From Daphnia carinata (lineage: Eukaryota), in the NCBI RefSeq assembly GCF_022539665.2, contig NC_081334.1, forward strand, positions 2,976,001-3,040,000: 64,000 nt of DNA, in the 5' to 3' direction. This document shows positions 49,854 to 63,049 of this stretch, in pieces (position 1 is the stretch's first letter; each line of letters starts with the position of its first letter). The position numbers and the translations under genes are program-made. The notes below the pieces were generated by a model. The model did no database searches and was not told the DNA's origin. It was given only the letters and a program-made list of their open reading frames with translations.

Positions 49854-50452
49854 GTACTTGGAGTTGCCTTAGGACAATATGTTTGACCAAAACAAGTATA
49901 CTGAACAAGGATGCATTTGGCTTCGTTTCTTAACTATAAAATTTTATTTTCTGGGTTTAATGTGTACGGTGTTTAAACAGTATCTTTCACCTTGATTGTA
50001 TTGGTTGTCTCACACCATAGAAATCTAATTTCTACTGACGAACTCGTACAGGAAGAAAAGAAGTCAAAAAGCAGACGTAAATACTCAGAATCATTTTAAA
50101 TATCAGGACAACAACTGCGGTGGGATAACACAAGACAAGGAAGTTTTTGAAGGGAAGATGGAGACCAGTTTCGTACGAAGGGAAGAGCTCGTCAGGATAA
50201 CTGCCTCGATTACAAACAAGACATTAAGGCGTATGTGAGAAAATAAGAAGTTGATTTGGATTTTTGATGACCACCTTCCTCTCAGCTACCTGGAGCTAAA
50301 AATATCTGCACAGCTACAATAAAAGTTCTCTGAAATTGATCTTTGCCTTTTTTTTTACAGGTAACAAGAGGAATTGACCAAATATTATCATTCGAGGTGT
50401 TCGATCTCGGGCTTTTGTCGGATGAATGCTCCTGGTGTTTAATGTTAATGTC

Positions 50453-53400
50453 TTAACTGTCGTTGTTTGTGGAAGAAGACTTTTCTGATGCAATGGCACC
50501 TGCCCCTGTGAGTGAAGCTTCTGATGATTCTGCTGGCCTGGTTGACTGAATGACTTCATATTCATCCATATCAGGTGATGACCCTTTGCTTGCAGCAGCT
50601 GCTGAAGCAGCTTCTTCAGCCATAGCCTGTCATATAAATTCAAGTAAATAATGAATTTACACACTTTCTTTTGCTGTTTCCAGGAGACACAATAAACTCT
50701 TCAGCCAAAACTGTTCTAAGGATATTGGCATCCAGCAAGCAGCAGTGATTTCACATTCTAACAGGTAAAAAAAAATTTTTTTTTTTTTTGCGAAAACATT
50801 GACATATTGAAACGGACACCTGTGTAAAAAGAGTTAGTTCATAGTTAGTTGTGTTTAACAAAGCGGATTAGTAGTTAGGATGGCGTTGAACGACACGATA
50901 TAACGGACATTATCTATACTATTATTATTTAGATCGCTGATGAATTCCATGCGTTTGAGATTACGCTTTTGAACTCTCTGCCTTACATAAGCCAATTCTG
51001 TGACGATGTTCAAAGATCCAGTGGGTACTTGGGATGTTGATTGATGGACTACCCCAGAGGAAACATCAGCCAATAGTTTTTTGATCTCTTCGATTTCCTG
51101 TCGAGCTTGCAGGATCTCTTCTTCAGTCATGGGCTGTGTTTCGTCTTCTTCCGGGAAATCTTCACGAATGATAAAGCCGCTAATTGATGGCTCCGATTCT
51201 TCGCTATCCACCGCTGTTTGGTTGGGTACATTTTTCTCCTCCTCATCTGTCCTTTGCCTTGATTGTTCCTCTTTGTGTAGGCTCACTTCGATCTGTTCCA
51301 GGGCGTGTTCTATTTCATCCACTTCGCGATTTCGCTCGAAATCATTTTCTGCTTTTGCAGCCGAGTCTGATGTAGATATGATTTGATGGTCTGCATCGAG
51401 GAGGGCTTTTTCGGTTTCTGAATCCGGCACTTCATCTGTCCTGGCCGATAGCATTTCGGTAACATCATCTGGCTTTTCCGAACTCGTGTTGACATTCTCA
51501 GTCAACGTATCACATTCTTCTCGGCGAAGAGACTCGACAACGGAATTTGCTATGGATTCTGTGATGATAGAATCCACCATTTCATCAAGAGCACTTTGTA
51601 TGGATCGTCCAGATTCAGTAGTCTGCGTTGGGACGTATTCTTCGTCCTTACCAAAGGTAACATCTTTTGATGACACATCTGTTTCGTCTTCAGTACATTT
51701 GGTCTCGTCTTGCTGTGTGGGTTCTTCCACCGACGACACGTCATCCACAGTTTTAGAAGATTCTTCCATAGCTACCCTGATTTTTTCAACCATTTGTCCA
51801 ATGCTAGCGTGTTCGTCGACGGCTGGAATAGCTTCGATGGTCTCTACATAATTAGACACGTCTGGAACGTGAAGTTTGCTTTCCTCTAAAGCTTCTTTTT
51901 CTTCGGCTGAAATGATTTGTGACTCCACGGCGTCTATCAACGATTGATCAACTCCTACAGGTAATTCGGTCTCTAGTAAAGTTGAATCTTCTGAACGAAC
52001 AGTGTCTAATATTTCTGTTGTCTCTTCCGTCAAAGTTTCGGTAGTTTCCGGAACTGGAATTTCCTGGTGACATTCTTTTTCAATTTCGTCAGCAGGGACA
52101 TCCACCTCACCAACTTCTTCTAGCTGTTCATAAGTTAAAAATTCTGCATCACCGTTATCATCCAGATGATGAAGAGGGGGTGTAGGAGGCCGATACGCCA
52201 CGGATGGATTATCAATCTGCTCGTCCTCTTCTTCTGTTCTAAATTCGTCATGTCGTGAGTATGAGTCTTCTGGAATCAACTCTTCCTCTGGATCGACTGG
52301 TATCAAAAAGACTCTGTCAGTCGGCTCGGAAAATCGAACACGGGGAGCTGCATCAGGTTCCTCGACGGTGTAAAGCGGTTCTTCCTGAATTTCAGGAGAT
52401 TCTGCATTGAGTTCCATTCCGATCACAGAAAGCGTCATCTTTCCTGACAAGACAACTGGACTCGTTTCGTACTCGTTTTCATCGAGATCCAGCTGCTCTG
52501 GAGGAACAATTTCGGCGGAGCATTCAGCCTCGGAGACGACTAGATGGCTGTCGGGTCTGATGGCTGTATCCAGAAATACGGAAATGACCCTGTCCGCGTC
52601 GTGGGGTTCGTGTTTAACTACGTGGTGTTTTTCTGTTACTTTAGGCAGCAAACCAGTCGGCATCTTTCCGCAGTCTTCCATGCACGCTGTAACATCCATG
52701 CCACAAACGTTTACGGTCATTTTACGTTCCTCTGATCCTTGACGAACATTAGTTGCATTGGCTTCCTGTTGCTTAAGTTTACTGCAAGGAGTAGCAATGG
52801 CAATTTCTTCAACTTTAGGTTGGCTTTCCTGTGGCACTGCGTCCGTTGATTGCAAAATAAGTTCTTCTTCAAATTTATTCGGAGTTTCGTCTTTCGGCAT
52901 ATCAGGTATTTCAGCAACAAAATCGGTATCGGCATCCAATCCATCTTCAGTAATATCTTCAATATTTGTTTGTTCATCTTCTGCGATTGTTAGATCTCGG
53001 CCACAGTCGATGTCGGATTCTAATATTTCCTCGATTGTTTCACCGTCCATCAAGCTGCTTTCTCCCTCTTCCGAATTGGTAAACTCCTGATTGGTTTCTG
53101 TTTCTTCTAACTGCAATTTATCATCTTCTTGTTTACCAGACATTTCCTGATCAAATTCATTTTCAGGTTTTGTGTCTAATTTTTCTTCAGCGAGACAGGC
53201 TTCCTGTTTTTCCTCTTCCTGGACAGATTCAACTGTTGACATTTGCAACTCTTCAACAGTTTGCTGAATTTGCTCCCGACTCTCATCTTGTATGTATTCT
53301 TGAACAGATTCTGAAATGGATACAGGTGCTTCGTTAACTTTTTCAACCTCTTCAGATTTGCTGTCTTCTGAGGGCTCCTGAACAAGTGTCTGTTCTGATT

Positions 53401-56400
53401 GAGGAGTTTCCTCGAAAGATTGGGTTTGGCCTACTTCTTCTGTGAAAGATTGTTCGAGGGAAGATTTGATTTCTGGTGTAAATTGCTCCTCAACTGCTTC
53501 TTCAATTTGGATAGCCTTTTCATCGTGGGCCACTGTCTCCTGAACAGATTCAACTTCAGATAGTGGCAATTCTTCAATTTTTTCTTTAGTTTCAGGTTGA
53601 TTTTCCTCTTCAAGACACTCAATTTGAGCTTCAATTTCAGAAATATGTTTCTCATCAACAGCTTCTTCGATATGCACCTGGTTTTCTTGGTCGTGGACCG
53701 GCTCTTCAACAAATTCCACCTGGGATTCAGCAACAGTTGTGGGTTCCTCTTGAACAGCACTCTCTTGTACCGAATCCATTAGAGTTTCAGATGTTTTCTC
53801 TTCGACAGAAGTCTCCGCTGGTAAATGACATTCTTCTTCAGCAACCTGTTCATCGTCGTTTTCGACTCGGGATTCCGGTTCAGAAACAGTATTTTCTTCG
53901 ACAATGAGCTTTGTGTACGACTGGCATTCTTCCTCTGCAGTCTGTTCCTCAGCCAATTCAACTGGTAATTCGGCTTCAGATGTAAGCTGCTCTTCAACAG
54001 TTTTCCTAGTGGACGATGGGCATTCCTCTGGTATGTCTTCCTGAACCAATTCCGTTGGAGATTCTGCATCAAGTGCCGAATTTTCTTCCATAACCTCAGA
54101 CTGCAACTGGCAAACCTCACGTGCCTCTTCCTCATCAAAGACGGTTGAAGATTCAATTTCAGATGTCTTCTCTTCGATAGCAATGTCAGTAGACAACTGA
54201 CCTTGTTCGCCAGCCAACTGTTGGTCAACAATTTCGACTTGGGATTCTAGATCAGTTACAGTCTCCTCCGAAACCATCAGCTCTGTCGGCAATTGGGATT
54301 CCGGCTCTTCTATCTGCTGTTCAATCAATTCAACTGTAGACTGCTCTTCGGCTGTTTTTTCAGTCAACAACGGACATTCCTCTTGTGTCTGTTCATGGAC
54401 TAATTCAACTTGAGATTCAGCTTCACACGTCGACTGTTCTTCGATAGTGTTATCAGACTGCAACTGGTATGCGCCGTCTTGAATCTCTTCTTCATCAAAG
54501 GCGACCGGATGTTCATCATCAGATGTTTTTCTTTCAACGACTTTGACTTGGGATTCTGGTTCAGGTGTAGTCTTCTTCTCGACTACCGGCTCTGTCTGTG
54601 ACTGGCTTTCCGTGTCATCAACCTGTTCAGATTCAATAGTTTCCTCAGTCAGAATAGGATCCTTATGCATTTGTTCGTGAACAACTTCGACGTGGGATTT
54701 AGTTTCAGGTGTGGGCATCTCTTCAATGGTGTTCTCATTCATCAATTGGCTGTCCTCTGGCTGGAGTTCTTGGATGCACTCCTTGGTTTCCAGCACTTCT
54801 TCAATGGCTTCAGTAGTGAGCAGGCTGTCCTCATCCTCTTTAGAATTAGTAAGCTCCTGAGCAAGTTCTGTTTCTGGTTGTTTCATTTCTTCGACAAAAG
54901 ATTCTTCTTGTGTGACAGGTGACTCCAGTACAGACTCCACTTGTGATGCATTGGTTTTTTCAACCATATCCTCATCACTTAAAAGCCATCCCTCTTCTTG
55001 TGTCTGATCTTCAACAGATGTGACGTTTGCCTCCGATTGTTTGGTTTCTTCGAAATAAGATTGTTTAATCTCTTCTTCTTGCATGATAGGTGTCTCCAGG
55101 ACAGACTCCCCTTGTGATGCAATGGTTTTTTCAACAGTTTGCTCGTCATTCAACAACCATCCCTCTTCTGATGTCTGATCTTCAACAGATGTGACGTGTG
55201 CCTCCGATTGTTTCGTTTCTTCGGGATAAGATTGTTTAATGTCTTCTTCTTGCATAACAGATGATTCCGCTACAGACTCCACGTTTGATACGAACGTTTC
55301 TTGAACAGTTTCTTCAACTTGTAACTGGCATCCCTCTTCGTTTGTCTGTTCTTCTACTGACGTGATTTCTGGATCCGATGGTTTCGGTTCTTCGACATAA
55401 GATTGGCTGACTTCCTCCTCTTGTACGACAGGTGACTCCGATACAGATTCCGCTTGTGTTACAATTGTTTCTTGTATCTCTTCTTCAACAGCTGTGATTT
55501 CAGGTTCTCGTGATTCTTCTTTTATTTCGCTGTCTTTCAAACACCATTCTTCCTCGTTTGGCTGACTAGGTTCAGGTGCAGATTCTACCTCTTGCTTGAC
55601 AGGATGGTCCTCAACAGATTCGACTTCCTGGGTAGATTTCTCTTCGACTGCATCTTTTTGCACTGACTCTCGAACAGATTCAACTTCGCATTTTAGTACC
55701 TCTTCAACCACTTCTTGAATTTCAACTTGTGTTTGTTCTTCCTGTGCTTTAGTTTCTTCCTTGACGCATTCAATTTCAGATATTGGCTTTTCTTCGACTG
55801 CTATTTCAGTTTTCTCTTGAACAGTTTCAACTACAGGTGCAGCAGTTGCAGACAGAATGTTCTCTGTCACAACATCTTCTTCCATCTCACTTGGCTGCCT
55901 TTCAGATGGTAATCTGCGTACAAACGAGCGGAGGAATGATTCACTCTCAGCGGTTGACGTTCGGCAAAACTCCTCTTCAACTGGATCTTGGATCTCTTGC
56001 GAGCTCTGAAGCACAGCAATCTTGACCGGCTCGGGTACCGAGGATTCTTTGCTTTCTTCCACTGGAGTATTCAAACTAACTTGTTCTTCCAATTGGCACG
56101 GTCTGCATTCTTGATCGTTTTCATCCGCAAGTTCTTCGTTAGTCTAACCCATAACGCATGACAATGAATGTGTTATCGATCGAAAATAGTAAATGTTTTT
56201 AATTCTGCTTGTTCTATCAGATAAGAGTTGGCTACCTTGGAAGCCCTTGAAGTCATCGTTCCTGAAAATGAGTTTTAAAAAAAAAAAACCTATCAATCTT
56301 TTAATGCCAACCTTATCAGACAGGTGCGGTGCGAGTAGCTCGGCCACGGCGGTAGTTGAAAGTTTGTCAGTGACGTTACCCATCTGGCGACAGATACGCT

Positions 56401-59400
56401 CCATGGCTCGTTCAGTCTCCTCCAGTCTGCGGCGCAGTTGATCCACTTCTTCCTCCTCTATTTATTTCCAACCGGGAAATAAACAAACAATTAGTGGTAT
56501 CAGTTTTCTCATTAACTTTTTGTTTTGTTTGTTAATTGAAAACTCGTGCTTTTGGATAAGTTTTTGTTTTACAGGGAGCCTTAATATATGCACACAGTTT
56601 AAACTGATGTGCTACATTCTGTGCGGTTAGTAATGCCAAAAATGCGCTCATATTACTCTGGGCTTTGAGTGCGGCAAATGCCAGGCGGAGTGATCTTTCG
56701 TCGGCGTCGTTGAGATCAATGTCATCCGAACCCGTCTCGTTGTCATCGTCGCTGGCAGTCGATCCGCTGGCAAATCCTGGTGGCAGGTACCATTGACCTA
56801 TGTTTTATAATGTGAACATGCAGCGGGCTCGATGCGTATTAGAAACCAGATCATCATGCGTTATTGATTCAATTCCCTGATGGTGCAAGGGAAATTACAG
56901 GTAAAATGTTAATGTTACAAGAAGCACTTACCAATCGGTTTGCCATCCGTGTCCATTTTGGGGCTACGCGGGATGATCACCTCCTCTACAATCTCTTCTA
57001 CTATCGATTCCTCTTGAGCTGGTTCGCATTTGCTAACGCTTTCTTCGGCAATCACTTCCGTCTTTTGACACACGTGCTCCAAAACCGGTTCCAATTCTTC
57101 TGCAGATTATTGAGGTAATAATTGTTGGTTAAATTTTGGGACTGTAATTTTGTTTAACTATACCATCTTTTTTGGCGAAGACTTCTGGGGTTTTGGAGCG
57201 ACTCCTTCTCTGCTCTTGAAGCAACAATTGTCTTTGCTGTTCCTGCAGAAGGGCATATTCTTTGACGGACATTTCCGACACTGCGCCTGGAACTCCGGAA
57301 CAATACTCTTCTGCAAAAAGGTATTTGCGATGCTCTGCATCCATATGGAAATCTTTGATGCGAGGAAGGGTTTCTTCTTCAGATGCAGGCTTTTTGAACA
57401 TGATCTATTATAGTTGTCATTAGATCGGGTTAAATTTGTTCTCGATTTAGCCATTTCATCTTAGCTATGGAATATTCAATTGGGTACAACCTTCATCATT
57501 GTGTAGAGGAAGAAAACGACGATGCCAATTGTATAGATCGGCATTAAGATGCCCATGCCACCGGAACCTTGGGAAGGCGAAACGATGTGAGGGGCTCCTC
57601 CCATGGGCGGACGCATTCCCGGCATAGGGCCGGGCTGACGGATGCAATTAGAAAGATAGTGTTTTTTAAACAAGACCATGTTTTGTTGTTCTTACACACA
57701 AAATAGAACACTTCGCAGACAGGGAAACATGTATACACGTGTTTCATCGTGTGCCTCTTCATTAGGTGCGCTCGTATAAGTCATATTTAGTTAACAACGT
57801 CCTGCTTTTATTTTTGAAAAATTGTGGGGCCATAACGACGCAAACAGTGATAGACAGCATAACCTAGAAGAGACCGATGTCAAAGGATCGTCGTGGACCA
57901 TTTAGAATGGCTTTACAAACCACAGGGGAAAGCAAATATTCACGGCCACCGAAAAAAGAGGAAAGGTCGACGTCAGCACAGCAGAAAAACCATCAGACGG
58001 CCGACTAATTTTAGCCCGAAAACCCGTACGCTCATTCCCCGACAGCTCTCTGACTCTTTTTTCTTTTCCTCTCTCGCAACTTCTCATGCATCGCCAGTGC
58101 GGAAGAACTATTTATTCACTCGGTTCTATATATAATAAACAGCTGTCGCGAGGGCCCAACAGCCGGAAAGTTCTCCATTCCGATGGTTGTGCCCCAATCT
58201 TGGGGAATAATTCGTCACTTCATTCATTGAAACAAGTATGTTTGAAATGGCGCTAATCCGTAGCGATTTTGTTTAGATGTTTAAACGACGATTGCTTTTT
58301 AGACATCGATTCAGAGACATAACAAAAGTGAAACCTCTGAACAGCTGTAGACTGGAAAATCTAAAAAATGGCTTTTCTTTTGTTTTTGTTTTTTGGAAAC
58401 TAGTCAACAGTCGTTGGAACCAAAACCGTCAAGACGCCCCATTTTGTTCCTGGTGATGATGTCAAAGCAATAATAAAAAAAGAAAATGGGAGAACAAGTC
58501 TTTTCCGGAGACGACGAGTCATCGCGGTCAACAGCCACACGCGCCGGTGAGAAAAAAACAAAACAAAACGAAATGTTGAGTGTCTATTTACAAATAATAC
58601 CTTGGCCTGTTTTTCTATGGTGCGGGTGGGCGGTATGACGCGGCCTTTTTCGCGGAGGGCCGGATGCATGACGTCCGGATGCAAATGCGGAGGTCGCTCC
58701 GGTCGCATGTGTCCTGGTAACGAGAACGGAACAAATTCAATTAGATTATTCTTTTTTGATGGATCTTCCACAACGAATGACATCCCTTATCAGTTAGTCG
58801 GATGAAGAACAGTTAACGGGTATTAACGTGTTAGTAATGATGAGCCATTTTAATGCCTGATTTATTTTTTTCGGTAGATATCAGATGATGTTGGCTAAGG
58901 ATTGTTGAATTTCGGATGAAAATGGGTGAGTATTTTAAATATTAAAAAATATCAATTTTTGATGGAGAAGGGAGGGAGGTGGTGGAGGATGGAGTTAAGG
59001 AGGGACCTTGGAGGGCTTACGTGGGTAGAAAACATCAGAAGGTCTGTGGTAGCTCTTCTTGGCCCTGACTAGGTTCTCGTCGATGCCGAAGTTGATTTCC
59101 AGACAGCGGGTGAGGTTCTGGGCGCGGACGCGGCCGTGGAACTTGCTGCTGAGTCGACGATCGACCACGGCGCCGTCCACGTCCGATTTGACCACATCTT
59201 CCAGGTCGATGCCACACTTGTCCATCAGTTCGTGGTGGCAGAGGGCGAGCGTCCTGTCCGGCGGTATCTGGTCACGCCTGTGCAACACCTGGCTGCACAG
59301 CTCGGTCAGGAAAGCCGCCGAATTGGCGTCGCTCTCAAACACCACGCCGCAGCATAGAGCACCTGCTCGATGATGACAACATCACACTACAGATTTTTTG

Positions 59401-60501
59401 TTTCCCGTGTTTGTTTGTTTTTTTTACCTCATTTTCGTCCCAACTCTACAGGTTGGAGTACCTCAGTAAAAATCAATATTCGATTCTAAAATTAGCAGCC
59501 TATAAGTCTACTTGACTTCTGGAGCCTTCGTCTTGTTCCAGTAGACCGAAAAACACTTTGAAAATTCTGAATCCGATCGGTGGTGGTCTATCCGGTATCT
59601 GGCAACCGTCCTACATTTCTTGAGCACAATCTAATTTGAGGTTTTTTCTCCAGACTAGTGTTATCCACGTTCCGCAAATCTCACCCAAAAATCACGACAA
59701 TATCTAGCCGTACAGCAGACAGCGGTAATGCACTAAGTATTTCGCTAAATTATTTCATTTCCAGAGCCAGAGCCAAACTGGATTTCAATTGTAAAAAAAA
59801 AACGAGGTCACCATTTCTTATTCAGAAGATAATGCCCGGTGACTAGAGGGCGTTTTTGGCACCTGGAACATTGGCGTCAAAGATGACCTCGATTGCCTTT
59901 CTTGATTCGTAAAGCTATTGATCGTGACTGGGCGATGACACGATCCGAAGAAACTTTATTCTGAAACCCCTACGAGCCATGACATGTAATTATGAGTCGT
60001 ATGGCTTCGCTGGAGAATCTCTTTTTGGGGGCCTGGAAAATCTATACATCGTCAAAATGTCGAGCGTTTGCTGGCGTAAGGACTTCAAAATATTCAGAAA
60101 CCAAAATAAGTGGAGAGGGGCAGTGCTGGCGGGGTGGAAACTGATGTAACGACTGACGGCTGCACAAGGCAAAGATAGATGAATGAGGCTAGACCTCGTT
60201 CCACCACATGGATTTAGACATAACTTTCGAGCATTCTACAAGTCTCGTCGATTATTGTTCAACTTGCATCACGTGACTTCATCCACGAAAATATCAATCT
60301 CAATAAAAACTCTTGTGTAAGAAGATGTGCTAAAGATTTATACAGACCTGCTGGCTCTTTGATCGGCTGCTGTGGTATCGTCGTCGGTGCCACCGAAGCC
60401 TGGAACATGGGGTAAAAGATCTTCGGCCAAAGGACAGCGAAACAGCCGATCACAATGGCCAAAACCACTAGTGTTTTGCCTTTAGAGAACTCCGACGCCA
60501 T
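50453..60501 (-). CDS. RIC-3: RIC-3 nicotinic acetylcholine receptor chaperone, long isoform with giant acidic tail
   Basis: Exon 1 VLAIVIGCFAVLWPKIFYPM; luminal RPERPPHLHP..MHPALREKGR and PGMRPPMGG; TM MGILMPIYTIGIVVFFLYTMMK; coiled coil DQLRRRLEETERAMERI. This splices in frame to the 50987-56143 exon (containing PVVLSGKMTLS) and the last exon 50453-50626. Confidence 0.88.
54910..55430 (-). repeat. Coding tandem repeat of 171 bp (57 aa), ~3 copies, inside the RIC-3 giant exon
   Basis: QEE(E/D)(V/I)xQSYxEExKxSxxxxTSVExQTxEEGxxL occurs three times; ataagattgtttaat recurs at a 171-bp spacing. Confidence 0.9.
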
Positions 60502-61229
60502 GTTTGAGACTCTGTCACTCTCTCCCTTACGGAAGCTGCTGAGAGCGGTTAGCGAAGAGGGGACAGAATACTGATACTACGAGCAGAGCGTTTGTGCTTG
60601 GTGGAGATTTTTTCGGCGTCACCCTCCTCTGTATCCAGCAGTTGTGGCATCGATCAACGCGACTGATCCTCAAAGAGCACTGCGCACGACTATATCCAGG
60701 CTGGGGACGCGCTCCATCTCAGTTTACCCCTGTAGCGTGGACGGACGCATCCGCGTCGACGCAGAACTCGTTCGCTCCGCTTTCGTCTGGAGTATATAAA
60801 TATCACGTCCCCCATTCTACGACTATTCCTCCTGCTCCTGCTTTTCTGTGGCCTCCAACAAGATTTTTTTTCATTCGAAATGATTATATTTATCGGTACC
60901 GTGTAAAGACCAATAGTTTTGAAACCAATCAATATTCGAGTAGCTATTGATTTGTTTCTTGCTTTCTTCTGCTTAGAGATACAACTAGATTTGTGAAAGA
61001 GTGCTATTGATTGTGTGTAAATTCTTTTGCATTGTTGTACTTCATATTACCTCATCTTGTTCAATTGGTTACGCATGAAGATTCCGGAATATCCCTCAGG
61101 TAACATTTGTTATTGTTGCAAAAAAAAAAGATGAGGTTTATTTTCAAGCGCTTGATGTTAAAGCTACAGTCCGGCAACGGTGGGTGTCAGACTGTTCATT
61201 GACAAATAACTAAATAGAAAAATAAGAAA

Positions 61230-63049
61230 ATGTCGGCATTGTCTGTCAAGGACTTAAACCAATTGTTAACGTAACTAGCATTTTCAAACTTTAAGTAGTC
61301 AAAAACTAATTTTGTTTAAAATAAAGCTTTTATTTTGAAGTATCTTAGATGCCGAAAACGTCGCCAACCAAAGTGTTGAGGCCCTGGCATCTCAGTTGGG
61401 AGTTTTCAACAAACAAGAATACTTCAAAGGTACTTTCAGTATGTTTGAATTCCTAAAATGAATGAAATATTAATTATGGATTTCTGTATAGTTGGTAACG
61501 CGTTAGTTATGCTTCTTCAGAATGCAGATCTGCTACCATCACCATCACAGAGACTGGCTGCAGTGTTATTGCTGCATGAGCTTTTCAAGCCAGACGCTCA
61601 AAATTTCCATCCATTCTCCTCAGTTTTTGTACAGCTACTTGTAAGTAGGAACTTTGTTTGTGCAGTAAGATTTGTCTTATATTTTTCAATTTTCATAGGC
61701 TGACGAATCTTTATCAGCAAAGAGACCAGAGTCATACAGACTACCAAAACTAAGCCCCCCAGAAAAGATTTATTTATCACACCTCATAACTAATCCACAG
61801 AAAGATGTAAAGTACTTTACATGACATTCTTTTTTCGTACCTTTAAATGAAATTTTTCTGCAGATGTACAAAAAAACTCTACGACAGATATTGAATTTGG
61901 AGACCACAAACTCAATGGCTGATATTTCAGCCCTTCAAACAAGTGTTTCAGAACGACTTTCTGAGTATACTTTAGAAAGCAAAAGTAGAGTGCCAGCTGT
62001 CCTCTCTATGCCTGACATCCGATCTGGCTTCGAACCCATACTTCCGGATAGCAGTGCAATCAAGAAGACGGCCGAAGCTCTCGTAAGCGGACCTAACGCC
62101 GCTGTTCAACAGTCTGTGAGCCCAGAATTTGTTCGCTTGGCCCCTCCTATATTTTGTCCAGACGAACTTGTCTGGCTCGACCCGATCGGTGAATCCGACT
62201 ACATGATCGCGTACGACACCACAGTTTGCATACCTAGAGGGGCTGGATCAGAAGCTCGTCGATTGATTTCGCAAGCCTTTACCGGTTCCTTGACTTTACT
62301 TCAACAGAACAGACTGCTAAGTGAATTAGAGAGAGATTCTCGTCTAGTCTATCATGTCGGAATCACTCCAAACAAAGTATGCTGCCACTATTATTTGGCA
62401 CGCCTTTTTCTTATTTTTCTTTTTAATATCGAGGAAAATAATGCAATTTTCCTTGCAGCTACCTGCCCTAGTGGAGAACAACCCACTTATCGCTATTGAG
62501 GTGCTTCTCCGACTGATGCAGTCTTCCCAAATAACGGAATATCTGAGCGTACTCGTTAATATGGAAATGTCTTTGCACTCGATGGAAGTAGTCAACCGAT
62601 TGACGACAGCCGTTGAATTACCAACTGAATTCGTCCATCTATACATCTCGAATTGCATTTCGACCTGCGAAACAATCAAAGATCGCTATATGCAGAACCG
62701 TTTGGTTCGTTTAGTTTGTGTCTTCTTGCAGTCACTCATTCGCAATAAGATAATTAACGTTCAGGTATTAAGTTTTTCCATTTTTTGACTTTGTTGGCAC
62801 AAATTTTTATGTTCGTTTGCATTTTAGGAGCTGTTTATTGAAGTGCAAGCATTTTGTATTGGCTTCAGTCGCATTCGCGAAGCAGCTGCCTTGTTTCGTC
62901 TGCTCAAACAACTCGACAGTGGTGATCAAAGTGGCCTCAATACCACTTCGTCCATCGCTACTTTTCCCGGCCTGTCCTCACTCTCAGCCCCTTCGTTCAA
63001 TTCTCAGGCATCACCTGTTGCATCAGCTGCCAAAGGTAAAGGGGAATAA
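61230..63049 (+). CDS. CNOT11: CCR4-NOT transcription complex subunit 11, multi-exon
   Basis: [89 protein letters not shown], and [15 protein letters not shown]. Confidence 0.96.

Noticed and set aside
50855..56092. Independent 1745-aa gene (titin/neurofilament-like) as given by the ORF track
   Set aside because: It starts at TTG, is bounded by splice sites, and joins in frame to RIC-3 exons.
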